A stretch of DNA of 63,292 bases from Peptococcaceae bacterium. GTDB lineage: Bacteria; Bacillota; Desulfitobacteriia; Desulfitobacteriales; Desulfitobacteriaceae. Below are positions 57,268 through 63,292 of the stretch, piece after piece. The notes below the pieces were generated by a model that saw only the letters and a program-made list of their open reading frames with translations, was not told the DNA's origin and ran no database searches. The stretch is taken from the NCBI GenBank assembly GCA_031289735.1, contig JAITOV010000071.1, positions 1 through 63,292 on the forward strand. Reading direction: 5' to 3'. Each line of letters starts with the position of its first letter. Within the stretch, counting starts at the first letter, position 1. A program made the translations under genes and the position numbers.

Positions 57268-58113
57268 ATGTATGCTGCAATCATTCCCGCTCGTAACGAG
57301 GAGAAAAATATCATAGCGACGTTAACCACGATCAGGCGCCTGCCCATGCATTACATCATCGTCGTGATCAATGGATGTACGGATCAGACCTTACACCTGA
57401 TCCAAACGCATACGCACGCGATACAAGATCTACGCCTGCACATCATCTATTTCCCGGAACCGCTGGGTATTGATATCCCGCGGGCGATCGGCGCGCTGTA
57501 TGCCCAATATTTACACTGCCGGGGAGCGCTGTTCGTAGACGGGGATATGTCTGGGCCGATCGGTCACAATCTTAACCGGCTTTACCAAACCATCGAATCC
57601 GGTGTTGATGTGGCTTTAACCAATTGTTATCCCTATATCTCCGACCGCACGAAACTGGCGCAGTTAGTTCTGCGCTTTCGCGGCCGTTTAAACCGTGAAC
57701 TGCATCTATTCAAAACACTGGGCCTGGCCACCCCCACGCACGGACCGCACGCTCTCTCAGCGCGCGCTCTGGCCCTGCTTCCAGCGGAAGCGCTCGCTAT
57801 CCCACCTCTAACGCTCTACTGGGCTCAGCGGCATCAACTCAAGATCGCGGTCGCCACCTCTATCAAACACAAAGATTTGCAATCCCCGCGCAGAAATAAC
57901 CGGCATGCGCGTATGGTCGCCAAGACCATCATCGGAGACTGTGTCATGGCCCTCTATCTAGCGCAGAATCAGCCTGTTAGCCGCAGCTTAGGCAAACATG
58001 AATTTTTAGGCTATCATCCGGAACGGCGCTTTGACCTATTATTACGCTGGCAAAATGCTGTTACGCATGATCCGGAGTTTCTCCGCCAACACCTGATACG
58101 ATTTTCAGAATAA
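57268..58113 (+). CDS. GT-A fold glycosyl/nucleotidyl-transferase-like protein, function unknown
   Basis: 281 aa. AAIIPARNEEKNI and FVDGDMSG (DxD-like) suggest a GT2-like fold. The C-terminal 130 aa are unassigned. Confidence 0.5.
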   Translation: MYAAIIPARNEEKNIIATLTTIRRLPMHYIIVVINGCTDQTLHLIQTHTHAIQDLRLHIIYFPEPLGIDIPRAIGALYAQYLHCRGALFVDGDMSGPIGHNLNRLYQTIESGVDVALTNCYPYISDRTKLAQLVLRFRGRLNRELHLFKTLGLATPTHGPHALSARALALLPAEALAIPPLTLYWAQRHQLKIAVATSIKHKDLQSPRRNNRHARMVAKTIIGDCVMALYLAQNQPVSRSLGKHEFLGYHPERRFDLLLRWQNAVTHDPEFLRQHLIRFSE

Positions 58114-58190
58114 AATACCTCGCTCCGGAAACACTACACTCAGTTTCCTATTCTTGCTGCTAGGATTCACGTAGAAAAGGAGGGTTTATC

Positions 58191-58367
58191 ATGAATCACA
58201 ATTCTTCTAAAAGCAATAACCCGCTTCAAGGCGTCAACTGTTGCGCCAGTAACTGTCATTACTGGGGAAACGGAGATCACTGTCACGCCACTTCCATTCA
58301 AGTAACGCCACCGGAAGCTTCCGGATCGCAAGACACGGACTGTGAGACCTTTCTTCCCAAACACTAA
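58191..58367 (+). CDS. DUF1540-family small Cys-rich protein (58 aa), absent from the ORF track
   Basis: My own translation: an AAAAGGAGGG RBS lies 7 nt before the ATG. The frame reads MNHNSSKSNNPLQGVNCCASNCHYWGNGDHCHATSIQVTPPEASGSQDTDCETFLPKH* and fits the C.A.NC.YW....C.A..I.V......T.C.TF pattern of DUF1540. A terminator follows. Confidence 0.65.
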   Translation: MNHNSSKSNNPLQGVNCCASNCHYWGNGDHCHATSIQVTPPEASGSQDTDCETFLPKH

Positions 58368-58386
58368 GTAGATTTCTTTCCCGCTG

Positions 58387-58436
58387 ACAGCGCTCCGGAG
58401 AAGCAGAACAAACTTCATCCGGCGCGCTGTTTTTAT
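58387..58436 (+). terminator. terminator after the DUF1540 gene
   Basis: ACAGCGCTCCGG...CCGGCGCGCTGT stem followed by TTTTTATT. Confidence 0.55.
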
Positions 58437-58523
58437 TGTCTGGACGCTGGAAATATACTATGATGTAAGCAAGACGACTCCGTCCGGTATAGCTCATTCT
58501 AGCATTTCAGGAGGCTGCATAGT

Positions 58524-60062
58524 TTGAAAAACGCCTTTAAGGAAGCCTTGTTCGATCCTGCCACCTTTTGTGTATCCTGGGAACTGATCCCGGGAAGAGG
58601 CGCCCGGGAAGCAGGTCAGGCAAACGTATTAGCCAGCGCCACGCAAGCAGCGGCTGACCGTAACATTCACGCAATCACCTTGACGGATATGCCCGGCGGG
58701 CATCCGGCGTTAACCGCCGAAGCCCTCGGCAGTGAAATACGCGCTTTGGGCATCGAGCCCCTCATCCACTTCACCTGCAAAGATCGCAATCGCAATCAAA
58801 TCGAATCCCAGTTATATGCGATGGAGCACGCTAACATCCACAATCTTCTGGTGATGACCGGGGATTATCCGGACAGCGGTTATGCCGGCCGGCCCAAACC
58901 CGTCTTTGACTTAGATCCCGTACATGTTTTGCAATTAATCTCAGAACTCAACGCCGGTTTACCGATACCTGCCGGTAAAGGAACGGCGGTTTTGCAGCCG
59001 TGTGATTTTTTCTCTGGGTGCGCCGTATCACCCTTTAAAGCGCTGCCGGGTGAACTCGTCATGCAATATCTAAAACTGGAAAAGAAAATCGCCGCCGGCG
59101 CTCAATTTGTCATTACGCAACTGGGTTATGACGCGCGAAAATTTCACGAAGTATTACAGGTCGTCCGCCAGATCAATCCCGCGATCCCCGTGATCGGCAA
59201 TATCTATATCTTGCCCTATGGCGCCGGCAAAATGATGCGCGAAAACCGCTTACCCGGTTGCGTCGTCACGGATCAACTGCTTGCTCAGTTAGATCAGGAA
59301 AGAACCGCTCCGGATAAAGGCGTGCAGGCGCGCCTGCAACGCGCAGCCAAAATGTACGCCTGGCTGAAGGGCTTCGGTTTTGACGGCGTACATATCGGCG
59401 GCAACAATCTGCGTTATGAGCAAGTCGCCGCGATCATCCGGCAGGGCGAAGAATTTTACTCCCATTGGCAAGATTTTCTCCCGGAATTTGACTTGCCGCA
59501 ACCGCAAGGGTTCTATGTATTCCAGCGTGATCCCAGCAATGGGCTGAATAGCGACACGCTCAACGAACATCCCCGGCCCGTACCGCGCGCCGGAGAACGA
59601 ATATCCTATGCCTTGATGCGTTTATTCCACTGCGTATTCTTCACGCCGCAGAAAAAGCTCTATCCGCTGATGCGCTTTATCTACCGCCATAAAAACCCGC
59701 GGCACTATCCCTTGGAACACCTGATAAAAATCCTGGCGAACCATTGCCAGGATTGCGGGGATTGCGCGCTATTTGATACCGCCTACCTCTGTCCCATGTC
59801 CCAATGTCCCAAAAATCAACGCAACGGCCCTTGCGGCGGAAGCTGCCTGGGCTGGTGCGAAGTTTTCCCACTTGAACAACCATGCGTCTGGGTCCGCGCG
59901 TATGCCCGGCTAGGCAGCCATGAACAAGCGCCTTTTCCTGATCAGCGCCTACTACCCCCGGTCAACTGGGCGCTCAGCCACACATCCGCCTGGCATAACT
60001 ACTTTAACGGTCGTGACCATACCGCTTCCGCTCAAGACAAAACCTTCAAGAATACGAAGTAA
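58524..60062 (+). CDS. methylenetetrahydrofolate reductase (MetF domain) fused to a MetV-like Cys-rich C-terminal domain
   Basis: 512 aa with a TTG start after AGGAGG. Residues 1 to about 320 form an MTHFR TIM barrel (SWELIPGRG, HFTCKDRN, LLVMTGD, GAQFVITQLGYD, PVIGNIYIL). The C-terminus is CQDCGDCALFDTAYLCPMSQCPKNQRNGPCGGSCLGWCEV....CVW (MTHFR_C/MetV motif NGPCGG). Confidence 0.8.
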   Translation: MKNAFKEALFDPATFCVSWELIPGRGAREAGQANVLASATQAAADRNIHAITLTDMPGGHPALTAEALGSEIRALGIEPLIHFTCKDRNRNQIESQLYAMEHANIHNLLVMTGDYPDSGYAGRPKPVFDLDPVHVLQLISELNAGLPIPAGKGTAVLQPCDFFSGCAVSPFKALPGELVMQYLKLEKKIAAGAQFVITQLGYDARKFHEVLQVVRQINPAIPVIGNIYILPYGAGKMMRENRLPGCVVTDQLLAQLDQERTAPDKGVQARLQRAAKMYAWLKGFGFDGVHIGGNNLRYEQVAAIIRQGEEFYSHWQDFLPEFDLPQPQGFYVFQRDPSNGLNSDTLNEHPRPVPRAGERISYALMRLFHCVFFTPQKKLYPLMRFIYRHKNPRHYPLEHLIKILANHCQDCGDCALFDTAYLCPMSQCPKNQRNGPCGGSCLGWCEVFPLEQPCVWVRAYARLGSHEQAPFPDQRLLPPVNWALSHTSAWHNYFNGRDHTASAQDKTFKNTK

Positions 60063-60313
60063 ATTAAAGCGGCGGAGGTCACCAGCGAGAGTGGAATCAC
60101 CGCCCGAAACAGCTTATGCTGCGATTTGTGCCGCAGGATAAACACCCCGGCCAGCGCGCCCAATCCTCCCCCGATCAAGGCATAGCCCAGCAGCGCAAGC
60201 TCAGAAATCCGCCGGGCATTCATTTTCGCTAGGGCTTTGTCTAACGCGTAGATCAAAAATACAAAAATATTCCAGATGATTAAAAAGATACATAACAGTT
60301 GAACTTTCATCAC
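60032..60313 (-). CDS. DUF1294 membrane protein
   Basis: 93 aa. YALDKALAKMNARRISELALLGYALIGGGLGALAGVFILRHKSQHKLF is the DUF1294 signature. It overlaps the convergent metF-like gene by 31 nt. Confidence 0.75.
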   Translation of the reverse strand: MMKVQLLCIFLIIWNIFVFLIYALDKALAKMNARRISELALLGYALIGGGLGALAGVFILRHKSQHKLFRAVIPLSLVTSAALIYFVFLKVLS

Positions 60314-61140
60314 CGGCTCCTTTCCACTTCCGTCAACCGTATATACTCCGCAATACTAATCGTCTCCGCCCGGCGTCCCCCGTCAATCCCGGCTTGCGTC
60401 AGCATCTCCTCCACCTCTCCCTTGACCCGGCCTAATCCGGCGGATAGTGAATTTAACACCGTCTTCCGGCGCTGGCCAAAAGCCGCCTTGACCAGGCGAA
60501 AGAACATCCCCTGATCCGCGGATAAGCCCGGAAACGGGCGCAGCCGCAAGCGTACCACCGCCGAATCCACCTGCGGCGACGGCAGAAAAGCCGCGCGCGG
60601 AACAGCCAGCGCTAATTCCGGCTCGGCGGCAGTTTGTACCGCAATCGACAGCACGCCATAATCCTTGCCACCCGGCTCGGCTACCATGCGCCGGGCTACT
60701 TCTTGCTGCACCATAATCGTCATGCTCAACAGATGATCGGCCTGTTGCAGGTAATGCTCCAGCAACGGACTTGTGATGTAATAGGGCAGATTGCCGATCA
60801 AGATGCCTTTCTGTTCCCCCCATAAATCGCGCACATGGAGCTTCAAAGCGTCCCCTTGCACCCACTCCACCGGCGCACTGCGCAATTCCCGCCGCAATAG
60901 CGCCAATAGATTCTGATCCAATTCCACAGCCCATAACCGCCCGGTTTGTCCGGCCAGCAGCCGGGTTAACACACCCAGCCCCGGTCCGATTTCCACGGCC
61001 GGAATCTCCGCTGCCACGCCGCTGAGTTTGACGATAGCGGCGATCACCTCGTCGTCAATTAAGAAGTTTTGCCCCAGGGATTTGCGTGCTTTCGCTCCCG
61101 CTTTCATTAAGCGCCGCGTATAATTAAGCGCGTTTTCCAT
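60310..61140 (-). CDS. rsmA: 16S rRNA (adenine1518/1519-N6)-dimethyltransferase
   Basis: 276 aa. KSLGQNFLID, EIGPGLGVLT and GNLPYYITSP motifs are present. Confidence 0.93.
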   Translation of the reverse strand: MENALNYTRRLMKAGAKARKSLGQNFLIDDEVIAAIVKLSGVAAEIPAVEIGPGLGVLTRLLAGQTGRLWAVELDQNLLALLRRELRSAPVEWVQGDALKLHVRDLWGEQKGILIGNLPYYITSPLLEHYLQQADHLLSMTIMVQQEVARRMVAEPGGKDYGVLSIAVQTAAEPELALAVPRAAFLPSPQVDSAVVRLRLRPFPGLSADQGMFFRLVKAAFGQRRKTVLNSLSAGLGRVKGEVEEMLTQAGIDGGRRAETISIAEYIRLTEVERSR

Positions 61141-61693
61141 GCTCTATCTCCTCCAGCGCTTCCGCTAATTCCGCTCTGCCGACACCCAAACGGTTCAGCC
61201 GCGCCAGCAAGGTCTTCGCATTCGCGTCCCCCAACCCCAAGGTATGACCCAGCGCCCGCCGCCGCTCCGCCGCTCCAAGGCAGCCCGCTAAACCATAGGC
61301 TAGCAAATCCGGCAGGGTAAACACCTCCGCCATCCCCGGTTGGCTGCCCGGATCATTCCCCCGCGCCTGTCTGAGATGAGCAAACAACCGCCGAATCTCC
61401 TCCGGGCTGGCGTTTTCCACCCCGATATCCCCAGCTTTGCCAGCCGCCTGTTGTGATAAATACAGATGTTTAGCGGCCGGGACAGCGCGCCGAATTCTCG
61501 CCCGGATATGCTCCCCGGCTGTATCCGGGTCGGTGAGCACGATCACACCTTGCCGCTGCGCCGCTTGCGCGATATATTGCAAGGCCGCCTCGGTCAGGCC
61601 AAATCCATCCGTCCACAGAATTTCCACATCTCCCAGCGCCCGGCGAATGACCTGAGCGTCGTTTTTTCCTTCAACTACGATTAATTCTTTCAT
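61124..61693 (-). CDS. rnmV: ribonuclease M5 (Toprim)
   Basis: 189 aa. LIVVEGKNDAQVIRRAL...VLTDPDTAGE is a Toprim domain. It overlaps rsmA by 17 nt, as is typical. Confidence 0.88.
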   Translation of the reverse strand: MKELIVVEGKNDAQVIRRALGDVEILWTDGFGLTEAALQYIAQAAQRQGVIVLTDPDTAGEHIRARIRRAVPAAKHLYLSQQAAGKAGDIGVENASPEEIRRLFAHLRQARGNDPGSQPGMAEVFTLPDLLAYGLAGCLGAAERRRALGHTLGLGDANAKTLLARLNRLGVGRAELAEALEEIEHGKRA

Positions 61694-61831
61694 CTAGAAC
61701 AACGGCTCCTTTCACGCTCCATCCGTTATCGTTGGCCACGATTTGCCCAGGGACGAACCTACCCTATATTATCGCATCCGGCCAGCAAAAGTAAACGAAT
61801 ATCCGCCGGCAAATTTATTTATCGTATATAC

Positions 61832-61860
61832 TTGACAGTCGTATTAATACGATATACACT
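61832..61860 (+). promoter_or_regulatory. sigma-A promoter with an embedded 14-bp palindromic operator (PadR operon)
   Basis: TTGACA-N17-TACACT. The spacer contains the perfect palindrome TCGTATTAATACGA (61839-61852), and an extra TCGTAT half-site lies at 61822-61827. Confidence 0.55.
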
Positions 61861-61934
61861 GTAAACCATCAGGAAGATATTTACGACAGTAGCATATGCT
61901 GATCACGGATCAGCGCAGAAAGGAGGGACCGCGT

Positions 61935-62276
61935 ATGGAACCGCGACTATCATCGGATCTGCTACGGGGACACACCGATACGATCGTTCTGAGTCTCCTG
62001 ATCCAGCGGGATCGTTATGGCTTCGAGATCTACAACGCCATCTTAGAAAAAACCGGTGAAAAATACGAACTCAAGGAAACCACGCTCTATTCCAGCTATA
62101 AACGCTTGGAGAAAGAGGACTATATCAGCGCCTATTGGGGGGACGAAACGCAGGGCGCGCGACGAAAATATTATCACCTCACGGACAAAGGCCGCGCGCT
62201 GTATCAACAGAACAAATTGGACTGGGAGTTCACCCAGAAGATCATCAGCGATTTATTGAAGGAGGAAACGACATGA
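61935..62276 (+). CDS. PadR-family transcriptional regulator
   Basis: Track ORF 61896..62276. The ATG at 61935 follows AAGGAGGG. LLRGHTDTIVLSLL...RYGFEIY...LYSSYKRLEKEDYISAYWG...RRKYYHLT is a PadR winged helix. Confidence 0.88.
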   Translation: MEPRLSSDLLRGHTDTIVLSLLIQRDRYGFEIYNAILEKTGEKYELKETTLYSSYKRLEKEDYISAYWGDETQGARRKYYHLTDKGRALYQQNKLDWEFTQKIISDLLKEETT

Positions 62277-63142
62277 ATACCAAAGCCTATATCGATTCAC
62301 TCTTTGAGGCGTACGAAGATACGACGGATTTAAGTGATTTTAAAGAAGAGCTGACCAGTAATCTGGAAGCCCGCATTCAGAGTCTGCAAAAAAAAGGCTT
62401 GAACGAAGCCGCGGCCTTTGACAAAGCGGTCTCAGAACTAGGCGATATCTCCTCCCTGGCGGATGATATCAGTCTGAAAAAGAAACAAGAGGTGTTTGCG
62501 GATATGTATATGAGCCGTAATTATTTAGACACCAAACGAGTCGTCGCTTACGTGATTTGCGGCCTCGTTCTGGCTTTTGGCGTGGTCAGCGCGTTGCTCG
62601 CTTGGTTCTACGCGCAGGAAATGTCAGCGGTGTGGGGCACATTAATCCCCTTCGGAGTTTTGCCGCTGGCTGGCTTTATCTTCTTAGGCTTAACCCAGGA
62701 AACCGCTTCCCAGGAAGCCATGTCTTGGCAACGGGCGTTATTCTATGTCCTGGCCGGCGTGCTCATCTTATTCGGCTTGGACGTCTTTGCCATCACCTTC
62801 TTCACCCGGGACGCCGGACTCCCGCAAGCCATCGGCACAATCATCCCTTTTATGATCCCAGGCGCGGCGCTCGGCGCTTTTTTGATCCTGAGCGAAAAAG
62901 ACCGCAGCAAACCTTGGGTGATCGCCCAGCGCCAAGCGTTTCTCTCCTATACACAAGCCCGTCTTGGCGACCCGGCTTACTCGACGCAATTCGGCATGTA
63001 CGCCGGGATCATCTGGATCGCGGCGGCTGCGGCCTTCATCGCCCTCAGTCTCGCGCTTGGGTTCAAATACTCTTGGCTGGCCTTCGTCCTCGCTCTGATC
63101 GCCCAATTATGGCTTGTAGCCGCCTCGGTTAAAAAAACCTGA
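62273..63142 (+). CDS. PadR-associated membrane protein (cytoplasmic helical N-domain plus 5-6 TM segments)
   Basis: The ATG at 62273 overlaps the padR stop (ATGA). MNTKAYIDSLFEAYEDTTDLSDFKEELTSNLEARIQ is the usual prefix of PadR-linked membrane partners. The longer track ORF from 62135 runs through padR in another frame. Confidence 0.7.
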   Translation: MNTKAYIDSLFEAYEDTTDLSDFKEELTSNLEARIQSLQKKGLNEAAAFDKAVSELGDISSLADDISLKKKQEVFADMYMSRNYLDTKRVVAYVICGLVLAFGVVSALLAWFYAQEMSAVWGTLIPFGVLPLAGFIFLGLTQETASQEAMSWQRALFYVLAGVLILFGLDVFAITFFTRDAGLPQAIGTIIPFMIPGAALGAFLILSEKDRSKPWVIAQRQAFLSYTQARLGDPAYSTQFGMYAGIIWIAAAAAFIALSLALGFKYSWLAFVLALIAQLWLVAASVKKT

Positions 63143-63174
63143 CGCCGCTGACCCGCACACCGCCATATTCATCT

Positions 63175-63242
63175 AACTATCAAAATAGTCATTGACAAAA
63201 GGTGACTATCGTGGTAGTATCCTATTAACTATTGCAATAGTT
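63175..63242 (+). promoter_or_regulatory. sigma-A promoter bracketed by three ACTAT-N4/5-(A)TAGT operator repeats
   Basis: TTGACA (63192)-N17-TAGTAT (63215). The operator-like sites are AACTATCAAAATAGTC (63175-63190), ACTATCGTGGTAGT (63205-63218) and the perfect 16-bp palindrome AACTATTGCAATAGTT (63227-63242). Confidence 0.55.
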
Positions 63243-63253
63243 GGAGGTTCATT

Positions 63254-63292
63254 ATGGAAATCAAAGTTTTCGCTTCAGAATTGAAGGTCATG
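63254..63292 (+). CDS. first 13 codons of a gene running off the right edge (unknown product)
   Basis: GGAGG lies 7 nt before the ATG at 63254. The frame reads MEIKVFASELKVM... and is open to the window end. Confidence 0.4.
   Translation, partial: MEIKVFASELKVM

Noticed and set aside
58167-58497. Minus-strand track ORFs 58167..58418 and 58234..58497
   Set aside because: They are antisense shadows of the plus-strand DUF1540 gene and its terminator/promoter region. The plus-strand gene has an RBS, a family-like Cys pattern and a terminator.
60383-60934. Long alternative-frame ORFs inside real genes (for example 60383..60934 in rsmA, 62557..63132 and 62768..63106 in the PadR-partner gene, 27804..28364, 14287..14829, 9526..9933, 41441..41830)
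   Set aside because: Each is nested in a gene with clear family motifs. Their sequences are Arg/Pro/Gly-rich or low-complexity, typical of off-frame translation in moderately GC-rich coding DNA. None has an RBS.

Overview
This 63.3-kb window comes from an endospore-forming Firmicute (about 50% GC). I cannot assign a genus from sequence alone. Nearly all genes are on the minus strand. They follow the conserved origin-proximal order known from Bacillus and Clostridium: rnmV-ksgA ... yabG ... ispE-spoVG-glmU-prs-pth-fin-mfd-prsA-spoVT-yabN-hbs-yabO-yabP-yabQ-divIC-yabR-spoIIE-tilS-ftsH ... folP-folB-folK-coaX-dusB ... greA-lysS. A six-gene tRNA cluster (Asp-Phe-Gly-Cys-Leu-Val) lies near the left end. 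Several accessory blocks interrupt this backbone. (1) A roughly 14-kb fermentation island at 7.6-21.5 kb carries a 2-hydroxyacyl-CoA dehydratase and its activator, indolepyruvate:ferredoxin oxidoreductase, butyrate kinase and phosphotransbutyrylase, a PanE-family reductase, a Pct-type CoA-transferase, an acyl-CoA ligase and two paralogous GntR regulators; its two promoters are collinear copies of each other. (2) cphB-cphA (cyanophycin) sits with a leaderless L,D-transpeptidase domain. (3) A block holds a GT-A-like protein, an untracked DUF1540 small ORF and a MetF-MetV fusion. (4) pdaD-speE lies next to a processive family 2 glycosyltransferase. (5) A decayed integrase/XRE scar abuts the 3' end of tRNA-Val. 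Other notable points are a FolK-BirA fusion ORF, an extra small HTH ORF overlapping divIC, repeated spacer modules inside the tRNA operon, and several clear operator palindromes. I found no CRISPR array, rRNA gene, intact mobile element or recognisable defence or toxin system. The fermentation island is the best candidate for something new, but it is a new arrangement of known enzyme families, not an unknown family.
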